Source of the DNA: an uncultured Bacteroidales bacterium
GTDB lineage: Bacteria > Bacteroidota > Bacteroidia > Bacteroidales > WCHB1-69
Assembly (NCBI GenBank): GCA_937901925.1
Contig: CALGTS010000058.1
Span: forward strand, 4,605-68,604
Length of the DNA stretch: 64,000 bases
Direction: 5' to 3'
Shown here: positions 47,749 through 56,606 of the stretch, piece by piece
How the letters are laid out: the number at the start of each line of letters is the position of its first letter
How positions within the stretch are numbered: position 1 is the stretch's first letter
The notes under the pieces: generated by a model
Told to the model about the DNA's origin: nothing
Databases searched by the model: none
What the model saw: the letters and a program-made list of their open reading frames with translations, nothing else
Made by a program: the position numbers and the translations under genes

Positions 47749-48761
47749 TACTATTTGGCAAAAACATAATTTCTTCGGGAGATGTTTTGACCAAAGTTCC
47801 TATTGTCAAAATCTTCCATGCGCTTAAAAATCCCAAAAGCGAAACGATTGCTCAAATTCGGCAACTCCGGATTGTTAGAAAGATAGATATCAAACGATAT
47901 AATACTCTCAAACGGCAACTTCCCTACTTCGTTTGTGGAATCTTCACACCACCACTTCGAAAAAGTGAAAACTTTGCCTACATTGAATATTTCATTCTAG
48001 ATATTGATAAAATTACCGAAAAAGGTCTCAGTGTTCAAGATTTACGCCAAAAGATAGAGAAAGATAATCGTGTTTTGCTCTGTTTCATTTCACCAAGTGA
48101 AGATGGTATTAAAATCCTATTCAAATTAAAAGAACGTTGCTACGACAAAGGTATTTTCTCGTTGTTTTACAAAACATTTGCCCAGCAATTTGCTCGACAA
48201 TACAACATTGAGCAGGTAATTGATAATCAAACTTGCGATGTAACGCGCGCTTGCTTTGTTAGCATTGACCCTCAAGCCTACTACAATCCTAATGCAGCAA
48301 CGATAGAAATTGAAAAATTCTTACAAATTAACAATCCTACAGAGATGTTTGATATCAAACATCAATTTGAAATTCAAGAAAAAGAACATAGAAAAGAGAT
48401 TGTAACTCCTGTTTCAGAAAAAGTTGATGTGGACGATGAGGTGATTCGGAATGTCAAGATGATTTTAAACCCCAAACTAGCACAGAAAGAGGAGAAAAAA
48501 GTATATATCCCCGAGCAGCTAACGGATATTATGGAAGAGTTGCAGAAATATATCACGGCAACAGGCATTCAGATTACAGAAATCATCAACATATCATACG
48601 GAAAAAAGATACGAATGAAATCACGCACCAAGCAGGCAGAGGTAAATGTTTTCTATGGAAAGAGAGGATTTTCTGTAGTAAAATCTCCACGAAGTGGAAC
48701 TAATGAAGAACTTAACGAACTGATGGCATCGCTTATACAATCATTTTTTGACCAAAACTAA
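47745..48761 (+). CDS. CRISPR-associated Prim-Pol (CAPP-like; archaeo-eukaryotic primase superfamily, BT4734/VirE-N-like)
   Basis: AEP-like motifs YFILDIDK (DxD), FISPSEDGIKILFKL and CDVTRACFVSIDPQAYYN. Its ATG overlaps the cas1 stop (ATGA), and its stop lies 4 nt before the cas2 ATG. Confidence 0.65.
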   Translation: MILFGKNIISSGDVLTKVPIVKIFHALKNPKSETIAQIRQLRIVRKIDIKRYNTLKRQLPYFVCGIFTPPLRKSENFAYIEYFILDIDKITEKGLSVQDLRQKIEKDNRVLLCFISPSEDGIKILFKLKERCYDKGIFSLFYKTFAQQFARQYNIEQVIDNQTCDVTRACFVSIDPQAYYNPNAATIEIEKFLQINNPTEMFDIKHQFEIQEKEHRKEIVTPVSEKVDVDDEVIRNVKMILNPKLAQKEEKKVYIPEQLTDIMEELQKYITATGIQITEIINISYGKKIRMKSRTKQAEVNVFYGKRGFSVVKSPRSGTNEELNELMASLIQSFFDQN

Positions 48762-48765
48762 CACA

Positions 48766-49257
48766 ATGCCGAGAAAAAAGAAACCGCCACTTACTTTTGT
48801 GGAGAAGATGAAAAAACTATATGCCGCAGGATTAAAACCGACGGAAGTTTCGGAGATTGCATCTGATGACATTGACTCCAACCAATCGTTACTTCCGTTA
48901 GAGAAAAGAGTTGAGCTATTATTTAATATTGTAAAGAATAAAAAAAGGGCAGCCACACAGATGTTATTTTTTGTAATGTATGATATAGAGAGCAATCGAG
49001 TTCGTCGGCAGATTGTCAAATATTTAGAGCGGCAAGGATGCACCCGGGTGCAGAAATCTATTTTTCTTGCAGACTTACCGATTTCGCAGTACGAACAGAT
49101 AAAATCGGATTTAGCGGAAGTGCAAGCTTGTTATGAAAACTTTGATAGTATTTTGGTAGTACCTATTTCAACTGATTACCTCAAAGCGATGAAAGTTATC
49201 GGGCAAAGCATCAATGTAGATGTAATTACCAAAAGTTCCAATACACTATTTTTCTAA
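48766..49257 (+). CDS. cas2: Cas2 with ~65-aa N-terminal extension
   Basis: Cas2 core MLFFVMYDIESNRVRRQIVKYLERQGCTRVQKSIFLADL. Preceded by MPRKKKPPLTFVEKMKKLYAAGLKPTEVSEIA... (HTH-like). The TTG at 48748 is an alternative start. Confidence 0.8.
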   Translation: MPRKKKPPLTFVEKMKKLYAAGLKPTEVSEIASDDIDSNQSLLPLEKRVELLFNIVKNKKRAATQMLFFVMYDIESNRVRRQIVKYLERQGCTRVQKSIFLADLPISQYEQIKSDLAEVQACYENFDSILVVPISTDYLKAMKVIGQSINVDVITKSSNTLFF

Positions 49258-49410
49258 AAAAAACGTTGCATTTGCAACAAAACAAAATATATTACGTTCT
49301 TTGCTTATTGAAAAAATAAAATTTAGGTACATAAAAAAGGGAAAAAACGAGAAAAAAAACGGATATTACACTTATAACACATTAATAATCAACAGGGTCT
49401 ATTTTTTGCT
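49258..49410 (+). promoter_or_regulatory. CRISPR leader
   Basis: AT-rich 153 nt between cas2 and the first intact repeat. The degenerate repeat lies at the opposite end of the array. Confidence 0.6.
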
Positions 49411-51826
49411 CTCCAAGAGCAACTTCCACTAAAATAAGGATTAAGACTTCTGCGCAAATCGTGATTGCTACGCTCGAATCCTTTACTCCAAGAGCAACTT
49501 CCACTAAAATAAGGATTAAGACCCCCACCATAAAAAACACTAAAAATGGAAAAAAACGAGAAGCTCCAAGAGCAACTTCCACTAAAATAAGGATTAAGAC
49601 TGTTCATTTCGTTTGCGTTTGCGGTGCTGTTTACAGCTCCAAGAGCAACTTCCACTAAAATAAGGATTAAGACCATTTAGTCCTAAGTATAATGTGTGTT
49701 TTTTCATAACCTCCAAGAGCAACTTCCACTAAAATAAGGATTAAGACTTCATAAAAATGGCACTATCCTTTACATCTTGTTGTCTCCAAGAGCAACTTCC
49801 ACTAAAATAAGGATTAAGACTCTTATAAATGTATTGTTCCGCATAGAATAGACACCTCCAAGAGCAACTTCCACTAAAATAAGGATTAAGACTTCAATTC
49901 TCAGTGTTTTTTCGAAAACAACTGTACCGTCTCCAAGAGCAACTTCCACTAAAATAAGGATTAAGACTTTTTTTATTGTTTTATTAAGGTTGATCACAGC
50001 AATTCTCCAAGAGCAACTTCCACTAAAATAAGGATTAAGACTGTTATTATTAAGGTCGATCACATTCATCTTGTAGTCTCCAAGAGCAACTTCCACTAAA
50101 ATAAGGATTAAGACCCACCTCTGCCAACGTGGAATAGAAAATGTTTTTCTTGCTCCAAGAGCAACTTCCACTAAAATAAGGATTAAGACTGTGAACTTAC
50201 TATAATTATTTTCATAATATAATACGACTCCAAGAGCAACTTCCACTAAAATAAGGATTAAGACTCTATCTCTCTTTCTATCAATCTTTTAGCCAAAGTC
50301 TCCAAGAGCAACTTCCACTAAAATAAGGATTAAGACAGGGTAAGCATTTACCACCCCTAATTTTATTAGTCTTCTCCAAGAGCAACTTCCACTAAAAAAA
50401 GGATTAAGACCTTACGGGAATTTCCCGAACAGACAGATTTTTCTGCCTCCAAGAGCAACTTCCACTAAAAAAAGGATTAAGACTTCGTAAGTTTTTTTAT
50501 CTGGCACTCCGCCATTACCTCCAAGAGCAACTTCCACTAAAAAAAGGATTAAGACTATGTCGTTATAAGTACAAAATTCAAAATCGTTTAAGCTCCAAGA
50601 GCAACTTCCACTAAAAAAAGGATTAAGACTGCTCGGTCAAAACCTCGTGCCAGCTTGGATCAGTATATTCTCCAAGAGCAACTTCCACTAAAATAAGGAT
50701 TAAGACGAGAAGTATATTTTAAAAAATCATTCATAAATTAATAAGGCTCCAAGAGCAACTTCCACTAAAATAAGGATTAAGACGTAACACACAAACGTCC
50801 ATCCTTGATGCTCCCTTGCAGACTCCAAGAGCAACTTCCACTAAAATAAGGATTAAGACCTATATTTTGATAAGTCATTCATATTAATATGGCAAACCCT
50901 CCAAGAGCAACTTCCACTAAAATAAGGATTAAGACGTTCAAATCTTTTGATGTAATAAACCACCTGCACAAGCCTCCAAGAGCAACTTCCACTAAAATAA
51001 GGATTAAGACATTGATTTTGCTATCGAATTGTTTGAAAATGTTACCTCCAAGAGCAACTTCCACTAAAATAAGGATTAAGACATTTCATAGTTACGATTT
51101 AATACCATAAAATCAAGCGTCTCCAAGAGCAACTTCCACTAAAATAAGGATTAAGACAAGCAATATTCGCCGTGCTGGCGAACTGATGCACCTTTTAACT
51201 CCAAGAGCAACTTCCACTAAAATAAGGATTAAGACGGGTCTATGTATGTTGTAAAGTCCTTAATCGGTAGTCTCCAAGAGCAACTTCCACTAAAACAAGG
51301 ATTAAGACGTTGTTATTATTGTTGTTTTTTTACACTGCAAAGATCTCCAAGAGCAACTTCCACTAAAATAAGGATTAAGACTATTATTTTTCTTTATATT
51401 TTTGATAAGTTCCGTCTTCTCCAAGAGCAACTTCCACTAAAATAAGGATTAAGACTTCATCAAACATATAACTCATATCAGTGATATCTCCAACCTCCAA
51501 GAGCAACTTCCACTAAAACAAGGATTAAGACTGCTTATATCGTCAGTTATATACCATCGACCCATCGCTCCAAGAGCAACTTCCACTAAAATAAGGATTA
51601 AGACCCTTGTATCCATAGGTTCTACCTTTAAATACGATAACTCCAAGAGCAACTTCCACTAAAACAAGGATTAAGACTCTTGCGTATTTGCATAATAATT
51701 TTTGAATATGTCGTCTCCAAGAGCAACTTCCATTAAAACAAGGATTAAGACAATAACAAATCTTTTTCGTTCTGTGTCATAATTAATGCCTCCAAGAGCA
51801 ACTTCCACTAAAATAGATATTTAGGA
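49411..51826 (+). CRISPR. CRISPR array: 33 repeats of 37 nt, 32 spacers of 35-41 nt
   Basis: Repeat is CTCCAAGAGCAACTTCCACTAAAATAAGGATTAAGAC. First repeat at 49411-49447. The last (51790-51826) is degenerate in its 3' half. The 3' octamer ATTAAGAC resembles the type III crRNA 5' tag. I enumerated all repeat starts by hand. Confidence 0.97.
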
Positions 51827-51984
51827 AAATTTCAATTGATTGATAGTAGATTCAAATTAATAGTTATGGTGCGAGATTTACATTTTTTTCTCAACACAAT
51901 ACTGTTATAGGGCGGCGCGACGAAAACGTGAAGCGGAAGATGAAGTGTGCCTCCGCCGCCTTGACGATAAATAGTATGCGGCGC

Positions 51985-52234
51985 GCGTAAGGGATTGAAG
52001 CGGTTATGAGCCCGCAAACTCGATTTTAGAATACTCGCTGACGAACGAATAGAAAGTGAATTTTAGGTAAAAATAACGCGAATGATTGAGCGGGCGAAAT
52101 TTGAGCGGAAAGCCCGACGGCGAGTGCGCGGCAGAAAGAGCACTGCCATAAGAAACAATTGCCCTAAACGAATAAAAGTTCGTAAAAAATGACACGGAAG
52201 TGGGAGGCGCGCAGATGAGCCGATACGCCCAAAT
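51985..52234 (+). repeat. Dispersed intergenic repeat, copy C (long form)
   Basis: GCGTAAGGGATTGAAGCGGTTATGAGCCCGC ... GGGCGAAATTTGAGCGGAAAGCCCGACGGCGAGTGCGCGG ... GCCGATACGCCCAAAT. Same orientation as copy A. Confidence 0.8.
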
Positions 52235-52286
52235 CAAAAAAAATAAAATCAGAGAAAAAGCAACACAAAATATCCATTTTTTTGAT

Positions 52287-52294
52287 TATCTTTG
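52287..52294 (+). promoter_or_regulatory. -7 promoter box (TATCTTTG) for alaS
   Basis: TAnnTTTG match 29 nt upstream of ATG 52323. Supports the shorter alaS start. Confidence 0.45.
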
Positions 52295-52322
52295 CAAATT
52301 ATCTATAAACAATCATAAGTAT

Positions 52323-54935
52323 ATGAACTGCAACGAAATACGTACAAAATTTTTAGATTTTTTTGCCTCTAAACAGCATACAATCCTACCATCTGCTCCG
52401 ATGGTGATAAAAAATGACCCCACACTGATGTTTACCAATGCGGGAATGAACCAATTTAAAGATATTTTTTTGGGAAATACCCCGCGCACAACCCCGCGCG
52501 CTGCCGATAGTCAGAAATGTCTGCGCGTTTCAGGTAAACATAACGACTTGGAAGAGGTGGGACGCGATACCTACCACCACACAATGTTCGAAATGCTTGG
52601 AAATTGGTCGTTTGGCGATTATTTCAAACGTGAAGCTATTGACTACGCTTGGGAGTTTCTTACCCAAGTGATGGGCTTGAATCCTGAGAGAATGTACTCC
52701 ACCGTGTTCCAAGGCGATGAGAAAGATGGCACCGCTTTCGATCAAGAAGCTTTCGATTTCTGGAAAGCACATCTTCCAGAAGATCGTATTTTAAGAGGAA
52801 ATAAAAAGGATAATTTCTGGGAAATGGGCGATACGGGGCCTTGTGGTCCTTGCTCTGAAATTCATATCGACTTGCGCGACGACAGCGAGCGCGAAAAGAT
52901 TAAAGGTCAGGAGCTTGTAAATAAAGACAACCCGTTAGTAATTGAGATTTGGAACCTTGTATTTATGCAATACAACCGTTTAGCTTCGGGAGAATTGGTA
53001 CCGCTTGCAGCTAAACACGTGGATACAGGAATGGGATTTGAACGCCTTTGCATGGCCGTTCAAAACAAGAAATCGAACTACGATACCGACATTTTCCAAC
53101 CCATAATTCAGAAGATTGCGCACAATGCAAAAGTAAACTACGGCGACAGCACAGAGGTTGACATTGCATTGCGCGTTATTGCCGACCACTTGCGCGCAGT
53201 AAGTTTTGCCATTGCCGACGGTCAACTACCTTCAAACAATGGCGCTGGATACGTCATCCGCCGCATTTTGCGCCGCGCTATCCGCTACGGTTTCACTTTC
53301 CTCAACTTCAAAGAACCTTTTATGTTCCAATTGGTGGAAGACCTCGTAGGTCAAATGGGGCATCAATTCCCAGAATTGAAAGCACAACAGGTTTTAATCG
53401 AGAAGGTTATCCAAGAGGAGGAAAACTCTTTCCTGAAAACTTTAGATTCTGGTATTCTCAAATTTGAAAACTATTGCAAAAAACTACAAAATAGCACCGT
53501 AGTTGATGGTGAATTTGCCTTTGAACTCTTTGATACTTACGGATTTCCTATCGATTTAACACAACTGCTCGCTTCTGAAAAGTCGCTAACTGTCGATATG
53601 GAAGGTTTCCAACAAGGTTTGGCAGAACAGAAACAGCGTTCCCGTGCAGCTGCCGCCATGGAAACTGAAGATTGGGTTGAACTGATTTCAGATTGCGCAA
53701 CTCCCGAATTTGTGGGCTACGACTCATTAACTTGCGAAACCCATATTGTAAAATATCGCTGTGTTAAGACCAAAGGTAAAAAGTTCTACCAAATTGTTCT
53801 TAACAAAACTCCATTCTACGCAGAATCAGGCGGACAAGCTGGAGATACCGGCGTATTGGAAAGTATTAACGAAAAAGTTAACATTATTAATACCGTTAAG
53901 GAGAACAATTTAACCATTCACTTAGCACAAGAGTTACCCGAAAATCTCACAACAGAATTTACCGCTAAAGTAAATCGAGAAGCACGCTTGGCAACCCAAA
54001 ACAATCACAGTGCAACCCACCTAATCCACAATGCTTTGCGAGAAATTCTCGGCACACACGTTGAGCAAAAAGGTTCTTCAGTAACCCCAGACCGTTTGCG
54101 CTTCGACTTCTCCCATTTTTCTAAACTCACTGCTGACGAGTTGCGACAAGTGGAATTGAAGGTAAACCAAGCCATTCGCGAAAATTATCCGTTGGAAGAG
54201 TTCCGCAACTTGCCTATCGAAGAAGCAAAAACAATGGGCGCAATGGCTCTTTTCGGCGAAAAGTATGGCGATTTTGTCCGCGTGATTAAGTTTGGGCACT
54301 CTATTGAACTTTGCGGCGGTACGCACACGCCCGCAACAGGCAACATCGGAATGCTAAAGATTGTTTCTGAAGGTGCAATTGCCGCTGGTATCCGCAGAAT
54401 TGAAGCGGTAACAGGCGCAGCAGCCGAACAATATATTAACGAAATGCAAGACGCTTTCGACCAAGCCAAACAACTACTCAATGCTCCAAACATCATCCAA
54501 GCTATCCAGAAATTGATGGCTGATAACGAGAAAGCCAAAAAAGAGATTGAAGAGTTCAACAAAGAGCGCGCAAACAATTTTGCAAAAGAGGCACTGAACC
54601 AAGTGGAAAATCGCAACGGCGTAAATATCATCTCAGCAGTGAACCAGTTTGCACCAGATTTGCTCAAACAAGCAGCTTACGACATTCGCAACCAGAAAGA
54701 GCAATTGCTGGTCGTTTTCGGAACCACAAATGGTGAAAAGCCTAACATTGTAGTTGCTCTCTCCGATGATTTGGCAGCTCAAGGTTTAAATGCTGGACAG
54801 ATGGTTCGCGAAGGTGCCAAGCTGATACAAGGCGGTGGCGGCGGACAACCCACATTGGCAACAGCAGGCGGTAAAAATTGCGCAGGCATCAACGACGCTA
54901 TCCAGAAAATTATTGAAATCGCTACAAATCGCTAA
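52323..54935 (+). CDS. alaS: Alanine--tRNA ligase
   Basis: [28 protein letters not shown]..., the canonical AlaRS N-terminus, and the editing-domain HSATHL motif. ORF-track start 52200 lies inside repeat copy C and was trimmed. Confidence 0.95.
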   Translation: MNCNEIRTKFLDFFASKQHTILPSAPMVIKNDPTLMFTNAGMNQFKDIFLGNTPRTTPRAADSQKCLRVSGKHNDLEEVGRDTYHHTMFEMLGNWSFGDYFKREAIDYAWEFLTQVMGLNPERMYSTVFQGDEKDGTAFDQEAFDFWKAHLPEDRILRGNKKDNFWEMGDTGPCGPCSEIHIDLRDDSEREKIKGQELVNKDNPLVIEIWNLVFMQYNRLASGELVPLAAKHVDTGMGFERLCMAVQNKKSNYDTDIFQPIIQKIAHNAKVNYGDSTEVDIALRVIADHLRAVSFAIADGQLPSNNGAGYVIRRILRRAIRYGFTFLNFKEPFMFQLVEDLVGQMGHQFPELKAQQVLIEKVIQEEENSFLKTLDSGILKFENYCKKLQNSTVVDGEFAFELFDTYGFPIDLTQLLASEKSLTVDMEGFQQGLAEQKQRSRAAAAMETEDWVELISDCATPEFVGYDSLTCETHIVKYRCVKTKGKKFYQIVLNKTPFYAESGGQAGDTGVLESINEKVNIINTVKENNLTIHLAQELPENLTTEFTAKVNREARLATQNNHSATHLIHNALREILGTHVEQKGSSVTPDRLRFDFSHFSKLTADELRQVELKVNQAIRENYPLEEFRNLPIEEAKTMGAMALFGEKYGDFVRVIKFGHSIELCGGTHTPATGNIGMLKIVSEGAIAAGIRRIEAVTGAAAEQYINEMQDAFDQAKQLLNAPNIIQAIQKLMADNEKAKKEIEEFNKERANNFAKEALNQVENRNGVNIISAVNQFAPDLLKQAAYDIRNQKEQLLVVFGTTNGEKPNIVVALSDDLAAQGLNAGQMVREGAKLIQGGGGGQPTLATAGGKNCAGINDAIQKIIEIATNR

Positions 54936-54940
54936 TCAAA

Positions 54941-55405
54941 ATGGGAAAATTTAAACAACCCAACATATCAATCAAGAATAGAAAAGCTGAGTTTGAGTAT
55001 TTTCTTCTCACTTCTTACTCAGCAGGAATCGTCCTTTCCGGTACCGAAATCAAGTCGATTCGTGCCGGAAAGGCTAATATTACCGACGCATACTGCTCGT
55101 TCGAAAATGGCGAATTGTGGGTTCATAATATGCACATCAGCGAATACGCCAATGGAAGCTACAACAATCACGAACCTAAACGCGACCGCAAGCTATTACT
55201 GACTGCAAAAGAACTCAAGAAGTTGTTAATCAAGCTCAACGAGCGCGGAATGACCATCATCCCTACCCTACTCTGGATTAACGAAAAGGGATTTGCCAAG
55301 TTAGACATTGCGTTGGCGCGCGGTAAAAAGATGTACGACAAGCGCGAAAGCATAAAAGCCAAAGATAACAGACGAGAAATGGCGCGCGGAGAGATAAATG
55401 ACTAA
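54941..55405 (+). CDS. smpB: SsrA-binding protein
   Basis: [11 protein letters not shown]...[13 protein letters not shown]...[11 protein letters not shown], typical of SmpB. 154 aa. Confidence 0.9.
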   Translation: MGKFKQPNISIKNRKAEFEYFLLTSYSAGIVLSGTEIKSIRAGKANITDAYCSFENGELWVHNMHISEYANGSYNNHEPKRDRKLLLTAKELKKLLIKLNERGMTIIPTLLWINEKGFAKLDIALARGKKMYDKRESIKAKDNRREMARGEIND

Positions 55406-55408
55406 ACT

Positions 55409-55735
55409 ATGAAAGAGGAGATTGAAAAACTTTACTTCAGCATCGGCGAAACAGCAGAGATGTTCAATGTAAACCCATCATTACTAAGATATTGGGAGAA
55501 GGAGTTTGACATTATTCAACCTCGAAAAAACAAAAAAGGAACCCGCTTTTTCACTAAAAAAGACATTGAAAACATCCGCACTATCCACTACCTAACCAAA
55601 GTGAAGGGCTATACCTTACAAGGCGCCAAAGACGCACTCCAACACAACTACCTCAAGGTAACCGGCATTGCCGAAATGGTGGACTCGCTCAACCGCATCA
55701 AAGGTTTTCTCCTGCAAATCAAAGAGGAACTATAG
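55409..55735 (+). CDS. MerR-family transcriptional regulator
   Basis: YFSIGETAEMFNVNPSLLRYWEKEF, the MerR-type HTH. Confidence 0.8.
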   Translation: MKEEIEKLYFSIGETAEMFNVNPSLLRYWEKEFDIIQPRKNKKGTRFFTKKDIENIRTIHYLTKVKGYTLQGAKDALQHNYLKVTGIAEMVDSLNRIKGFLLQIKEEL

Positions 55736-55771
55736 TTAAAATTCAGAAATAGAAATAGATTTTGATTATGG

Positions 55772-55948
55772 ATTTGGGCGTTCCGGCTATCTCTCCGCAC
55801 AAAGCCGCCCACTCGCCGTCGGGCTTTCCGCTCAAATTTCGCGCCTTTTTCCCTCGCACCAATTCCTCCCAAAATCCAATTTCTAAGTTCCAAACTCTTA
55901 TTTCTAAGTTCGAAAACCGGCGCTCATAACCGCTGCAATCCCTAACGC
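55772..55948 (-). repeat. Dispersed intergenic repeat, copy D (short form, inverted relative to copy C)
   Basis: Reverse complement carries GCGTTAGGGATTGCAGCGGTTATGAGCGCCGG ... GGCGCGAAATTTGAGCGGAAAGCCCGACGGCGAGTGGGCGG ... GCCGGAACGCCCAAAT. Confidence 0.8.
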
Positions 55949-56024
55949 AACCCGACTGCACACACAATAACCTTGACCGTCAATGTTGCCCATTTCAAAA
56001 AAAATCTCCCAATTTCCCAACCCC

Positions 56025-56606
56025 CTATTCATCAACAAACGCTTTCTCCTTCCGCAAAGGATAACGCTCTAATACACGATAAATCGGTCCTTGTGGCGTG
56101 AGACGACTCTGAATTAACAATAATGAATCAACACGAACAACTTGGCTTTCTTTCGGTTGCAAAGCAGTTACCAATTCCCAAAATCGTTTCTTGTTTTGAA
56201 TCTGCTTGATTCTTCCTAAGGTGAGATGGGGAACGAAATTGCCATAATTAGGTTCAAAACCTATGGCTAATAGTTGGGGTTCCAATTGGAGGAAAAGCTG
56301 TCGAAAAGGTTCAAAATCTTGAAAACCAAGCCATATCACTTGTGGCGAATGTTTTGAGCCAAAAACGCCCAAACTATTCATCTCCATCGAAAAAGCATCA
56401 TTGTCAGCGGTAAGCTTCGCCAATGCTTGCTTTAACGGAGGAATATAAGGCTCGGGAGTTTGTCCGAGAAAACGAAGTGTTAGGTGGTGTAATTTATCGT
56501 CAACCCAAACTACCTTATCCAAGCACAATGTCTGTTTCAAATTCATCAACAATGCTTGAAAAGATTCAGAAATCTGAACCTCAACCGCAACAAAAAGACG
56601 CTTCAT
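56025..56606 (-). CDS. thpR: RNA 2',3'-cyclic phosphodiesterase (2H phosphoesterase, ThpR/LigT)
   Basis: Two HxT motifs (HHLTLRFLG and PHLTLGR). 193 aa. Confidence 0.8.
   Translation of the reverse strand: MKRLFVAVEVQISESFQALLMNLKQTLCLDKVVWVDDKLHHLTLRFLGQTPEPYIPPLKQALAKLTADNDAFSMEMNSLGVFGSKHSPQVIWLGFQDFEPFRQLFLQLEPQLLAIGFEPNYGNFVPHLTLGRIKQIQNKKRFWELVTALQPKESQVVRVDSLLLIQSRLTPQGPIYRVLERYPLRKEKAFVDE

Noticed and set aside
49382-51445. Several ORF-track entries (49382..49582, 49389..49676, 49461..49658, 49770..50246, 50879..51064, 50889..51110, 51242..51445) with repetitive peptides such as LILILVEVALG or PRATSTKIRIKT
   Set aside because: They are translations of the 37-nt CRISPR repeat in different frames. 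The periodic peptide repeats follow the repeat-spacer period, so they are not genes.
29049-51826. Whether the CRISPR island is a mobile element with an integrase, transposase or att sites
   Set aside because: I found no recombinase, transposase or tRNA-adjacent junction in or next to the island. The two tRNAs are 8-13 kb away. Only the compositional mosaic and the neighbouring repeat copy C hint at horizontal acquisition.
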